Assembly (NCBI GenBank): GCA_000708835.1 | Contig: DF236951.1 | Location: 372,101 to 436,100 of the forward strand | DNA length: 64,000 nucleotides | DNA from: Klebsormidium nitens | Lineage: Eukaryota > Plantae > Klebsormidiophyceae | Reading direction: 5' to 3' | Shown here: positions 1 through 13,514 of the stretch, in pieces | How the letters are laid out: every line of letters begins with the position of its first letter | How positions within the stretch are numbered: the stretch's first letter is position 1 | The notes under the pieces: model-generated | Seen by the model: only the letters and a program-made list of their open reading frames with translations | Told to the model about the DNA's origin: nothing | The model's database searches: none | Program-made: the position numbers and the translations under genes

Positions 1-3000
1 GGGTGACGTCAATGTACAAACTCAGCCGCTCATCATAATGCTCACTCAGCTGCGCGGCAATGCCTTGAAGTGGCGGATTACGAACGTTCCCACCACTACT
101 GCTGCTCCCTGCGATCAAGGGGGAGAAGTCCACTCCCGGAAAACTGGGTGCCAGCGTCTCGAGGGTTTTCCGGCACGCAGACCGGACCGTCGCTGCGGGA
201 TCCTCGATGTGGAACACGACACGTGGCAGGCCCTGGTGTATATAGTCGGCAAACTCTGGCGTCGATGCGCCCTCCTTGAACCTGACGATGAAGCCGAAGG
301 TCGCAAATGCGGCCGCGCGGACGGGCGTGTGCTGGCGGGTTTGGAGATGTAGGAGCTTCTCCGCGAGCGTGAGCAGGTGCGGGTGCACCGCGTCGGGGCT
401 GGCTTCCGTCAGCAGCGGCTCCAGGCCGCAGAGGACAGTAAAGATGACGTCCTCTGACGTGTCGTCCAGGAGCGGGATGACGCTGGAAAGGACGCCCGGG
501 GCGTACTGGGCCATCGCTATGGACGGAACCTGGGAAGAAAACATTTCTGCATTCGTTACAAACCTCAATAAGCAGCAGAGCAGGTGGTGAAAGCGGTTGT
601 CAACATGAGCGCAACAGCTCAGAGTGTACAAGTCCCCGGGCGAAGATATGCGTGAGGTGGAACGTAAGTGGGCTGCTGTATAAGAGTGAGACATTAAAAG
701 CTCCCATCCTTCGCCCGGGGAAACGGGATGCAGACCATTTGTATAGAGGGGATCGCAAGACAGATGTTCTGAAGTGCCTCGTCCCCACTTGCTTCTCAGG
801 ATACACACAAAAGGGGGGTTCTACAGCACCGGACACGCACCTGTGTCAGTCCCCGCACGCAGAACTTCCGGACCGTCCGCTCCTCGTCGTTGACGTGCCC
901 AATCAGCCTCTCCACCAGCTGACTCAGCAGCTCCTCGTTCTCCGCCACGTGTACCACAAACCCGGAGAGCGCCGCCGCTGCGATTGCTCTCTCTTCCACC
1001 CGCTCACACCCCAACGCCGGCCACAGTTCCTTACACACGTGGGCGATCCTGGACCGTCGACTGCCCGCGATGCAGACCACGATCTCGTCGATCAGGTCCG
1101 TCCATCGGTCGCTACGCGCGATGAACTCTGGGCCGTTGGATGAGACTGCGGCGGCCATCTTCTGGTCTGACGTGGCAGCGCAGAAGGCTTGAAAGGTGGT
1201 GACGTAATCGTGGGCCAGAACGGGGTTCAGCGGGGTGCGGCGGACGGGCGCAATGCGGAGGAGAAGCGTGGCAACTGTCTGCGGGTAACGCTCGTTGGTG
1301 CATACTGCGGCAATTGGAGTTCCGGGCCTGTACAAGAAGCAAAGTTCACATACTTTACCTGTATGTGACCGATCGAGAAGATGCTAGGAAAGAGAGACCG
1401 GAAGAAGATTTGAAGAAGATCAACAAGCCTAGCGAAGTTGTAGGCGCAACCTAAAACTCCTGGGAATTTGCAAAGGCAGGTGTAGATGGCCAGCCCGCCA
1501 ACGAAACCGATTTAGTAGTCAGACTTTGTGTCTAAACCACCAATGTCAAAGCTACATTTCGTGCAATGATCTAAGCGTTCAACAACCTCAAAGGTTATCA
1601 TCAGTCGCCACCAGCGGTCTGGACTTGCACAAGATTTTTGTGATGCATGCCGTTCAAAAAATCAGGCGGTTCGGCCTGCAAAGTGGACTGCGCTAAGAGA
1701 AGTGCATGCCCCAGAACGAGAAACGCACCTCAGAACCACGCCAAGCGCCCACGTGGCAGCGTCAGAGATGTTGAAGTCTGAGGAGTGCCCAGCCGCCTCT
1801 TTCTTTTCGCCATCGGGTCCTTTAGCTGCGCCCCCGGGCATTGGAGGCCTTATCAGCGCCAGGAGAGCGTCACAGAGCTCGAGGGCTAATCCAGGTTGGT
1901 CCGCCAAAGCCTGCAACATGAAATTAAAAAGACTTCGTCCAAAGGTTGCCTCCCTATCCAGTGTATCGCGGAGTTGGGGAGGCTTGTTTGTAAAAAGAAG
2001 ACGAAGGTGAGCTGGGGTACCAGCGCATCGTCAAGGGACAAATGTAAAGAGGTTTAGCTTTGCATACACCGACACAAGCTGCAACAAGATGCTCGGCAAA
2101 ACATTCTGAGGTCGGATAGCTTAGTGCAGCAAAACAGTGACCTCCAAAGAAACCATTCGTCCATATTATCAGGCAAATTCTAGCGGGCAGAAAATCTCCC
2201 ACACATTGCAAGCCCGAGCCAGTGCGGCCTACCTGGAACACCTCCTCCAGGAGGTCCAGCGAGTGTCGCTCCTCCTGGCTGACCCTCCTCAGCATCCGGT
2301 CATACATGCTCGGCTTCGGCTCTTCCTCCTGATCGTTCGCCGCTTCCAAAGCCACCCGGTAAACAACAGCCGCATGGCCCCCCTTGGCCATTTCAGATAA
2401 CGCCCCCAGAACCTCTTCCTTCGCCGGTCCAGATGCTGCGCCTGCCGCTGCAAGCAGGTTCTTTACGATCAGGGGGGCGCTCTGCGGGCTGATCTGACCC
2501 CCCCTGCAGCGCACCATCTCTTCGAGCCCGCATGCGGCACCCAGGGCGACCTCGGGGGTTTCCCCCATGCGCATGCTGACCAGGAAACAGACCACCTCCG
2601 TGTGCGACAAGTCCGCGCACAGCGCCCGGACGATGTCCCCGACCACCTTGTACTGGTCCTTCTGGGATGCGAGGCCACCCTTGAGGTCCCGGATCTTCAT
2701 CCATGACTGCTCTCTGGTGCTTACGCCGACTCCCGGTTGGAACCCGCCTGCTCCCGTGGAAGAGGAGCTAGTTCCGACCGGTCTCTCCTCCACGGCTACG
2801 TTTCTGCGACTCTCACCCCCGGCTTCTTCTCTGCTGCCTGCTCCTTCAACCTCCCCTTCTGCTCGTTTTCCTCCAATGCTCCCCCACGAATTCTCTTGGG
2901 GTCCACTCTTTCGACCGTCCGACGAACCCTCCTCAAACGTCTTGACTAGATGACCAACCGAGCTTCTCGTCCGCTCCAATCCGTCTGTGCTTCCGTTCCC

Positions 3001-6000
3001 CTCTCCCGACCCTGACGTCGCTGCCTCAGGCCCTGACGTCACGGCCTCTGGTGCATCCAATGCCGCATCCCGCGAGCCCGACTCCACACCACGTGAAGCG
3101 GAAGCGGAGGTGCTTTGCACACTGCTGCTGCTTGCATGCGTGGAGTCAGTGCCGGGACGGCCGGGTGGTTCCGGAAGGAGTGATGCGATGCTCGCGAGCT
3201 CTTCGACAATGGTGCCTGCAAGCTCCCTGACGTGGACTAGCGGGTCGGTGCAGCGGGGCAGGTACACCGCCAGGCGCTCGCCCAGGAGGAGAATGCTGCG
3301 GCAGCCGCCTGCGGAAGAACGATTGGACAGACAATTGCAATTTCGCGCCTCTGTGAACGTTTAAACATTCTGTACCTTTCCAAAGTCTCACGTGCGGACC
3401 TTGAGCGGCTATTCAGTGGAAGCAACCATTTGTGAATCATTGTGCAGGGTAAGCGTAGCAGAGGTTAGGCTTGACTTACGAAAGCTTCCGCTCCTAAACA
3501 GCTCTGAACGGCTGTTGAACGCCAGCGCAGATCACAATCCCAACACTTGGGCGAATGCATTTTTGACTTCGATTGCGGAAAGCAGTGTGGACGGCCAATT
3601 GCAAAAATGAAGGGCAGCCGATAGGACATTTTTTAGATTGACACAATTCCTTCTTGTTCCTTATAGACAGCTGTTGCCTGCGGACAAACAATCTCAGCGA
3701 CGTTCCGAAAAGCAACCTCATGGTGCCCCAGTTCCCTGCTCCTGAGACGACTCACCAGTGCCAGACCCCTCAGCGCCCTCACTTCTGGACGAGCCTGCCG
3801 ACAATAGGGCCCGGTACTCCTGAAGCAGCGAAAGCACCGCCCCACACGCCCGCTCCCTAATGACGTCATCGGCCGACGTCACGAAGCGGTCCAGCTGCGA
3901 GAGCTGCAGCTCAAGAAGCTCTGCCTGCGCCGAGGGATCCCTTGCGGCTGCCCGCAGCATGGTGATCAGGAGGGTGACGAGGCTTGAGAGGAGTGGGGTG
4001 ATGACACGTGTCGGCTCTGGGGGAGCTGCGAAGAGGTGGATGACGGACTCGAGGAGGCGGTTGCGGGCAATGGGGGACACGGGGGGGTCGACCGAGATGA
4101 GGGTGGTGAAGGCTTCTAGGGCGCGACTCTGCAAAAGGAAGTACAGGTAGAGTAAAAGGATGCTGGCAGGAAGTAACATGATAGTACCTTCCGACCAATC
4201 GTAACAAAAAATTACCTCTGCGCAAAGACTCAATTCAAGACTTCTTGTCGAGCTACCTGAGAATCCAGGCGTCCTCATGCCAAAGGTTTACAGCAAGCCC
4301 TTTCTTCAGGTGTAAGATCTCGTCAGTCCATGTCAGCGCGCAAAATAGAAAGCCCTAGACGGACAGCGTCTTTTAAAGGTGGATTGGCTCATTGTACCCG
4401 ATATCAAGCCTGAGCTGATGTCTTACTTTTCTGAGTGTGCATCCCCCTTGGTGATTGAAAGGAAGCTTCCACGAAAGCAAGCCAAAACGCCCAGTCGCGT
4501 GACGAAGTCTTTCAAAGAACTAACTATTGCCCTCCCCATGCCCCGAAAAGCTTCATTTTTCTTGGACATGCAAATTCTCAAGGGGTTTCTAGGAATCAGA
4601 AATACTGGGGGTAAGACTCAGCGACACGGCAACCAAATCTCCAAGATCACTGGCGGCCGACCACTCTTGCACTGACCTGTATTTCAAGGAGCTCGCTCGC
4701 CCACCCCGACCCGGCCATGAGCATCATCACGTGCGTCAGCAGATCCTCCTTCTTCTTCAAGGGGAACGGGACGCCCCTGTCCGCAGCCCCCTGCACCGAC
4801 CGCGCCAGCAGGTCGATTGCCGCAATGACCGCATACTTGGCCGCCCACGTGTCCACTTTCAGGAGCTCCGCAAAATACCCGGTCCCCACGAGCGCGTCGA
4901 TCCGGCCTTGGAGCTCTGTCGGAGGCGCGTAAAACGCGGTGTACCCGTACATGAGCGCGAGCGATGCAAAGTGGCGCTCGACCTCTGGCTTGCTTGCGGA
5001 GCTAAACCCAAGGAACCCTAGAAACGGGCGCAGCTTGCGCTTCTGCTGGGCGAACACTTTGCGCAGCAGCTCGAGGACCGTTTCCAGGTGCGAGTTTGCT
5101 GCAAGGCCAACAGCCATGGCGACGCTTTTGCGGTGCAGGGGTTGAGAGAGATCGGCACGGGCGTAGAGCTGCTCGAGCTTGTGGTAGCAGTAACTAGAGT
5201 CGGAGAGTTTTTGAAGGACGACCCCGATGCAGCGGTAGCAGAAAGGGTGGCGGGTACCCGAGGGGGCGTACAGCCGGAACTGGTCTTCAAAGGCGGAGCC
5301 GAGGAGGAGCGTCCAACCCTGGTCTGCTATCACCTGCGCCGTGGGGAAACAAAAAGCGGTCACAAAATCGTGAGGGGGCTTGAGCAAGTTCGAATCATGC
5401 AGAAGCGAAAGACTCACAAATGACTGTAGACACAAGAGTGCTAGTAATGGACAGTCGGTCACGGAACCACCATGCAAATTGGGAGTTGTCATAAACGTGA
5501 GGGCACAGAAAAGAGGGCACAAAAATGAGGAAATCTTTACGCCATACCGGAAGTAGGGATGAACTGAGTGACGTTACTTGCCTCGAGGGACTCGCCCAGC
5601 AGGTCGAGCACCATCTCCTCCCACTGCTCCTGCCACCAGTCCTCCTCCCCGCCTTGCTCCAAAAACGCCGTGAGTTTGGGAACCTCGTCGCGCCACAGCA
5701 GCACCACGTTCTTGTGGAAGAAGGGCGCCAGGCCGTACAGCACTTTCAGCACCCTCTCCCCGAGCCGGCCTCGCTCCAGGGGGCTCTCCAGCAGCACCAC
5801 GAGCCTGGCCAGCAGGGCTTGGGGCGTCGGGAAGGACCCCCCCAGGACGGCGAGATCTCGAGCGATGACGTCAGTGCGACGCCGAGCAATTTCGGCGATG
5901 CAGCGGCAGACGGTGGCTGCGGCGGGGGTGTACTGGGGCGGGGTGAGGGTTTTGAGGAGGTAGGGCCACAGGTAGGGTTCGGCGTTGACGGCGGTGCTCG

Positions 6001-9000
6001 CGAGGAGGAAGAGACCCTTCTCGCATATGGTGCGGAGCTCCAGGGAGGGCGTGGCAGGGGGCGCCATCTGCGACTGAAAAGAATGACTCTTGATCTAAGC
6101 AAGCGTATGACATGCTGCAAGAAGGCGACTCCTTGGTAGTCGACAAAGACTCTCTCCACAGTATGCTAAGCGACCGGGAAATGCGAAGGGAAGGAGTGGG
6201 GGTAATGTGACGGCGTTGTAAGGACTGTCCAGCTTTACAAAATAGGATCTGTTCCGACTAGTTCCGAATCTAAGATAGTGAGCAATCCAGGAATGGGCAG
6301 CGCTTGTCCACGTTCAAAAGTTTGTCTCATACATTCCCAGTTGGCAATAAAGGCTCATATACAACTCATGGTAGCTCAATGGAAACCCACCTTTCCTGAC
6401 GTAGAGCTCTCCGAGACGGCCTCTGACGAGCACTGGCGCACAAGGAACTCCATGAACGGCTCTGCGTTGTCCACATCGAGATAGTTTGACGCAGCGACGA
6501 CTAGTACGACCTGCAGCAGTGAAGAACACGGTGAGCAGCTTTCCTGCCAGAGAAAGTTCACCTTTGAAATAAGATTGCGAGTCCGACGCATATGACAAGG
6601 AAGGGAACACTGTCGAGGAACTGCAATCTGCTTACCTTCTTTAAGCATGATACTGCAGGCTATCCGAGACCTGTAGTCAGGATAAATCACAGCAGCAAGA
6701 AGAGCACCTTTGACAGGCACTTGTTCATTTCGCGGACTGCAACAACCTGTACGGTTTTGCATTGACTGCGAAAGTTTCAGAGACACACCTGGGCCAACGC
6801 TTTGCGAACCTCCAAGCTCAACTCTTTCAAGAGGCCACCCAGCTTTTCTCTCAAACCTGTCTTCTTGTTCTGCCACTTGTCAGTCAACCTGCAAGGAAGA
6901 GGGTCTCAGCAAGTGCATCCAATGTGTCATCCTTCGACTAAGAACGCCCTTATCGACGTCTTTCGCAGATTCTCGGCCTGTACCGGCAGAGGTGACAGAC
7001 TTCGAGCCAGTACTTCTCCTGGCTGTACGTAAACATGTGAGCGAACAACCACAGCCTCCTAACGATCTCCAGGCTCACCTTGGCAGGAGATGCCGGACAA
7101 GTTCGAGGGCACCGAGTTTGATCATCTCGTCCCGGTTGTCAAGGCGCTGCAACACAGCAACAAACACCCTCATCATCCAGAATGCAACAAAAAATCATCG
7201 AAAAGAAAGAGCACATAGCGCAGTTTCCCATAACAGGGAACCATGCTCCATGGGGTCTCAATTTCAACCAGAAAGTACGATAAATCCGTGGCAGCGACAA
7301 TGCTTACCTGGAGCAAGAAGCCGCACACTTCCTCCGGGAACGCTTGCGCGACGACATCGAAGCTGCGCAGGACCTCGTGGGTGTTTTTCAAGGTGGCGCT
7401 CACGTGTGGGCTACTGCCCCCTCTGGCCGCTGCCATGGGGAGGAGGGTCGTAAGGGTGTACACGACAGCCTGTGCGAAGATGCAAGTAAACGGTCGGTTC
7501 ACCTTCCGCAAGCATTACTTCGACGAACTCTCAGGTGTGTAGCCATCATTACGATGTCACTTTACATCTTCGGAAGAACGGATGATTTCTAGCTTAGGGA
7601 AGCGGACGTGCAGGTACCAGCTCTGATCGAGCGAGCAACAGACGCGATCGCGGAAAAAGCGTTGGAGCCTTTGCTTACATGCAGAGCGTCCTACCTGGTA
7701 ATCAAGCAAGCGCGGGGAGTCAGCCTCGCTCAACGCTGCAGCTAGGACGCTGTGGATGGCCCTCGAGACCGGCAGAGGATCGTCCTCGTGATTCGAGTAC
7801 CTATACACGAAGTGCTGCCGGCAATGAGGGCTTTGGATCGTCGGGGCTCGGAAGAAGCGAGAGAAACGTCCTCTACTGGGTCTACATGAAGCAACAAGGT
7901 TGGGGGCAGCGAAGGAACCAAACTCTTCGCACACCCCATTTACATTGTGCTTTACGGCAGTTTCTCAACCGCAAGGTAAATATCTGGTCGTTCAGCAAAG
8001 CTGCTTTCAAGGGATTGACTCGTTCAAAGCGTCGGACTTTTGCACTGTTCTGCCTGCCCATTTGTAAGCCCAAGTCCGCTCTATAAGGACACAGAGGACT
8101 TACAATGAAAGCAGTGCGTTGAGCAACTTGTGGATTGACTTCTTCAGTTCCTTGCGACCAATGAGTGCACACATTTCGCCGAGAGCTTCCACGGTCGCCC
8201 CTCTGACCTGCAAAGGAGAGGCAAAGTCGATTGATTCTAGCAATTGCTATCCAACCCTGCACGTATTGCACAGGGCTTCCATGAAAAAAGTTGCCTGGAT
8301 CTTTACCACCTGGACATTCGAGTGAACGTCATATCTTTAGAAGACCTCCGAGCATGTCGAGCTTTAAAGCGAATCAAAATTAGAAATCCAAACCTCCTGG
8401 ATTATTGCTTCCTCGATTGCAGAACATCTGGATCGTGTCCAGCTTCGTTGTTCGGCTCACCTGAGGCTCGTTTGCTCGCAGCCAGTAGTACTGCAGGAGC
8501 TCAAAGGCTGAAAAGATGAAGGCACTGCATCAAGATCAAACAGACAGGTGAGGGTAACGTTGTAACTCTACCGCAAAACTATGATATGAAGTCAAGTCTT
8601 TTACAATTGCAACTGGAATCGACAGACTATGGCTAGAGAAGATTGAAGCGTCCAAGTCAGAAGTGCCTCTCCAGCAAACACCACTCCACGACTGTCAAGA
8701 GGTAATAGAACCTCTTTTGCAGTTAAACAAAGGGACGTTAACCTCACCGAGTTTCAGCGTCCATCTTCCATTCTGGGTGTATGTCGTGTTGGTAGTGCGT
8801 GATCGCTCCACACCAGGCAGTAAGTGCTGCAAACAGAATCGTTCCACGATGATAGTCAGTGCGGAGATGCAGAGATGTATTTTGAAGTAACCACGGAAAG
8901 GAGTGCGCTTAGGGTTCGCTCATGACATGTCGAAGAAAATAAGCGATTCGGAACCAACCAAACTCTGATAGGTCCCTTAAGCTCCTCTCTGCGTTTGCAC

Positions 9001-12000
9001 GGGCGTACTTTAATGTAATCAGCGTAATCTCAATGGCACACACGTACAAACTCCAAATATGTAATAGTCAGCCGTTCAGCACGGTTGCATACCTTGGGCA
9101 TAAGCAATCCGCTGCTGATCTCGGATGCCTCCAAGCGCGGGGATAATCCTTGCAAAGACCGCTTTCACCCGGGGGACGAAACGAGCGGCTGCGGAATGAA
9201 AACCAGCAAGAATTTCTGTTAATGTGTGCCCACGTTGTGAAAAGCTTCAATCAGTAGTCTCCAGCAGATGGCTTGTTTGGCCCGATTGAAACATCGACAT
9301 TCACTTAGATCTACAATCTGAGGCAGGTTGAATGAATCTCTGTAAGCCTCAAGAAAAATTAATGACCTTTGCTCCTACGACTTCGGTTCGAATCCGCCCT
9401 GTCGAACAGATTACAACAGGTCCGTGCACACTGCAGAAAAATGACTCTTCGAAGCACAACAGTCTGAATGAATGATTCCTGCAGCCGGCAATGAAGAGTC
9501 TCTTATAAAGCTCTGATACGACATCTTGTCAGTGCTCCAGATACTTGCCAAGAATCGCGTACAAACGAGGCTAAGTACTTGGCTCTTACCGTCTGCTTCA
9601 GCGAACTCTGCAAACATGGTCGCAACAAACAGCATGGGGACTGCACCCTTTCTCAGTTGCACCATCACATCGTCAAACATCTGCAAAACGAGCAGATGGG
9701 GCTCTGATAATGCCTGAACGATTTCTGGTGACAAAAGCCGAAGAAAGGCTTCCGGTCACTGTTGAGGTCCTTTTTAAAGATTTTCTATCAATCAAAGTCA
9801 TTTGAATAAAGACAGAGGTGGCAACGGAATTCCACAACCAACAGGAATAAGATTGTGAAGACTTTTGCATGTTGTGTGAAGGCGTGAGCTTCTCCACCAG
9901 TCATAGAGCTGGATCTAAATGCAGAATTGCTGCAACAATTGGATTCAACACGTAATCAGAGGGTCTCTTTCAAGCTATGAGCGATTGTCAGCACCTACCA
10001 CGTCTGGCATGCGTGTACCAACAGCAACAAGGACGTCTGAAGCTGCACTTTGCTCCGGCGAACCAAGTGCCTGAGGAAGTAGAAGTGACGAAAAGCCTCA
10101 GTCTATCGGTTTTCAAGGATCGAGGAAAGTCTGATAGAACTAACAAGTGAAGTGTTTATCGCAGAAACGAGAGCATGAAACGTCCTTTGAGGAAAGGTCA
10201 AACAATTTCAGCATTTTGACATATGCTGACACAGCGATTCAGATTCGACATGGAGACCGCGATCATTTATGGAAAAAAGGCCAGACGAGATCAATGACTA
10301 ACGGCCAGAATGGTTTCGGGAGCCCCTGCCAAGTCATCAATCTCAGCACTGAAGCATGAATACAGACAGCCCTTCAGTGTTGCCCAGGCTGGCTTTTCGG
10401 CCGCCGTAGGACTCGGTCATCACAGACAAACAGCCTGACAGGAATCAAAATTCCTTGCAAGACCTGGAAACCAACAAAGAATCACTCACCCTGGCCGCAG
10501 CCAATCCTGTCAACGCCACATGGACGATGTCTCTCATCAAAGCCGCCTCCAGTACATTCTCATTGGCGACTTTAACCGCGTGCGCCATGACTTGCATTGC
10601 CAGTACAGGAAGCGGGCCAGAATCTCCACGCTGCTGCGACAAAAAGAGCCCAGGGATGGGATAGTCTCCTTGTTTCTCTTTACTTCTGTCCGAGTGACTC
10701 CATTAGTGACACAGCGGATGAACATCATGCAATTGATGGGGCTTCGTCTGTCTTGGAACATGACTGCAGATCTTTGAAACTTTCTTTCACCAGGGCTGCT
10801 CAGCCTAGTGTCTTTCCAAGAGCATGAGCGCCACTTGGTTAGCTGGGCCTCCAATACGTCCAAAAAGTCCTGCTTCCACAATGTTTGTGATAGACTGGAC
10901 GTCCAGCAGTGTGGGCTAAAGGATAGGTGGATCATGATGAGCTGTGTGGCACACAACACGTACTGAAGAATCTGATTTGCTCACCTTTGTTGCAGGCTTC
11001 ACGGCCATGATACAGCAATCAATGATGAGCTCCGCATGTCTGCAGAAAGGCTCAAGCATGCACTTCAACACAGAACACTTTCAATCAAATGCTCGGCATC
11101 ATCGACAAGTTCTGGCATCAACTTAGATGAACCCTGTGACTGTCCGCTCGAAGATTTAACATATCATCAACGCTTGCAAAATGTTTCCAATCAAAACTGT
11201 CACAATCAGGCTTGAGACAGTTGTGATCAGTGGTTGATGCAATGTTTGCCACTCCAGCCAGGAACTGCTACTGGGAACTTGCCTGGGGGCATTGTTCTTC
11301 AAAGCTCTTGCGCTTGCTTCTCCAACTTCCACTGAAGGGTCGTTGAGGCGGTCGACCAGTACCTTCAGAATGGCTGCAAAGGGAACGAGCATGCAATTGA
11401 CTCGTCTTCTGACAAAGAACATCCCCATAAGTCCCAATACAGAACCTTAAGTTCAAGGAAGAGCACTAAGCGATTGAACCCATGCATTGAAGCACAATAT
11501 ATTCCAGCAACCAGTGAATCAGGAGAAACTTCAATTCCATAACCATGCCTCCAATAATGCACTGACCTAAGATAGGATTTTCCTGCACCAGGTTGACATT
11601 CCGAGCAGGCTCAGGACCTGGCACAGAGGCCTTCTTCAAAGACAAAAGGTTACTGAACATGGTTGCCAACTCTTTGTGCACGCCTTCCCCAGGCAATATA
11701 TCTCCTTTCAACCGCCCTTCCCTGCTTCCATCAATGCGTGCGTCCAAAATTCTCTGTTATCTAGCTGCATGCCTTCATTTAAACCGTTCTTTCACAAACT
11801 CAAGACAAATTGTGCTGCTTCCTCCAAAGAGAGCACCAGTACACTCCGATTTTGTGAAGACAAGAGTTCCCTTGAGACAAAGGCCAAGTCCTCTAAAACG
11901 CCTCTCATTGGATACTAGGTACGCGGCGTGCAGAAGGTTCTTGCAAAGCCTGTGAGTCGCACCAACAGATTCACATAGCAGTCACGTCGCTTCGTGTTAC

Positions 12001-12075
12001 CTACATACCACTTTGCCTGCGCAAAACGACTTTCAACTCCCTCCGACTCCGAGTCTCATTGGCAAAGAATGCCAT
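1..12075 (-). CDS. SGR6: Maestro HEAT-like repeat protein (SHOOT GRAVITROPISM 6 / MROH1 homologue), multi-exon, 3' end beyond the window start
   Basis: Successive minus-strand exons translate in order to SGR6/MROH1-like segments as I recall them: ILKVLVDRLNDPSVEVGEASARAL (11373-), QVMAHAVKV..LMRDIVHVALTGLAAA, LQMFDDVMVQLRKGAVPMLFVATMFAEFAEAD, EPFMEFLVRQC, LRTICEKGLFLLASTAVNAEPYLWPYLLKTLTPPQYTPAAATVCRCI, GLPRVVFHIEDPAATVRSACRKTL. The frame is open to base 1. First exon 12075-12009 (ATG, phase-1 GT donor matching the phase-1 acceptor at 11373) is tentative. Confidence 0.85.
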
Positions 12076-12419
12076 GTTTCCGTCGCTCAGGTTTAGTGCT
12101 GCTTGCTGACGTCATGAAGACCCCCGTTTCGAGCTTTTCTTACATGTGTGTCCCATGTGGAGAAAAGCAGCGCATGCATTGGTTCTATGTTGGCCAGAAT
12201 CCTGGTCCACGTGTTTGCTGTTGACGTCAACAAACTCGAGCGGCAGCACTTCTTGACTCCATCATGGTTAAACTCTCGAGTCTTGATCATTTCAGTTGTT
12301 GACATCAATGTCCATTTACCATCGTCGTTGGCTGGGAATAGCGTGTATAATACTATAAGAAACTTGGATAAGAACAACCTTGTGTCGTTGTGTGCGTGTG
12401 AAACCTTGAAGCCTAAGCA

Positions 12420-13514
12420 ATGGCAGAAGGCACGCCAGCGAGTGGCAACGTCGGGCCCTGCGCTGAGGCAGCTACGAAGCATTCAGCTGAGAGCGGCCCC
12501 CCCTGCGTTCTTTTAGGCAATGCGCGAATGGTTGTTGCAAGTAGAAGCTTTAAAAGCAAGTTAAAAAGATTCTGGCAGGAGCATTCTGAGGGCTTCACGC
12601 AAATGTGGACAGGCCTAAGTTTCAGCGCAAAAAGAGACTATCTGGAAGCAATTGTAGAGTACCTGCCTGGAAGCAGGACTGACAAGCCAAATGGGCAGGC
12701 GAAGGACTTTGGCATCCTACTGTTGCCGGAAGTAAACGTCGAGGACCTGGTGTCAAATGGGGAGGGGTCATTGATCGCTCTTTACGAAAAGTGGATACAC
12801 AGCGAGCTAGAAGATGACGTGCAGCATGCCAGACTGATGGCTGAGAACTTGCTGACGACCAACAACTCCTTCAAACCGAACCCAGACGAGTTTGTCGTGC
12901 TGGCGGATTTCGAGGGTGTTTGGGAGACTGGACAATGTGTCACTTGGAAGGACGGATGGCTTCGGGAAATTATAGAGGCGTTTGCGGCGAAAGGATTTGC
13001 TCTGCGAGCAGATGTTTACGAGCTTGCCAACACACGCGTCTACATGTTACTACTGGACTTAGCGTACTGGGCTGACACTCACACGAAGAAAGTGCTCAAG
13101 TCGCCAAGCTTCCTTGTGGCGTCCGTGCTGAAAAATTGTGCCAATTGCGGCCAGACAGAGAGCGAGGAAAAAACAGAGCGGCGACATTGCCGTGAGTGCG
13201 TGCATACGAGCGTCACATTGTTCTGCAACAAAGAATGCCAACGCGCAGGTTATGCAACTCATGTGCCACAGTGCGCCGGGTTTCAAGGGCCAGGGAGGAA
13301 ACAACTTCAGATGCTTGTCAAGTCTGCGGTGATCTCGAGTGGGAAGGGGGAGGTCCCTTGCGGAAATGCGCCAGGTGCAACAGTGTACGGTTCAAGTACT
13401 GTAGCAGGGACTGCCAGGCAACGGCCTGGAAAGCGGGGCATAAGCGGGAGTGTCGAGTGGGGGCATCGGGGTCCAAAAGCAGTTCATGAAAAGGAACTGG
13501 CAAAAGCACACTAG
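12420..13514 (+). CDS. Zinc-finger MYND protein with two MYND motifs in different reading frames (frameshifted or spliced)
   Basis: ORF 12420-13514 contains CANC..CREC..FCNKECQRAGYATHVPQC. Overlapping ORF 13196-13489 (-1 frame) contains CQVC..CARC..YCSRDCQATAWKAGHKREC, a textbook MYND ending. Confidence 0.7.
   Translation: MAEGTPASGNVGPCAEAATKHSAESGPPCVLLGNARMVVASRSFKSKLKRFWQEHSEGFTQMWTGLSFSAKRDYLEAIVEYLPGSRTDKPNGQAKDFGILLLPEVNVEDLVSNGEGSLIALYEKWIHSELEDDVQHARLMAENLLTTNNSFKPNPDEFVVLADFEGVWETGQCVTWKDGWLREIIEAFAAKGFALRADVYELANTRVYMLLLDLAYWADTHTKKVLKSPSFLVASVLKNCANCGQTESEEKTERRHCRECVHTSVTLFCNKECQRAGYATHVPQCAGFQGPGRKQLQMLVKSAVISSGKGEVPCGNAPGATVYGSSTVAGTARQRPGKRGISGSVEWGHRGPKAVHEKELAKAH

Noticed and set aside
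9385-9396. GGTTCGAATCC, a tRNA T-loop/B-box motif
   Set aside because: Only a 3-bp T stem, and no acceptor stem, D arm or A box upstream; not a tRNA.
13278-13284. GGGTTTC as a programmed -1 frameshift heptamer in the MYND gene
   Set aside because: It is out of phase: zero-frame codons are GGG TTT CAA, not G GGT TTC.
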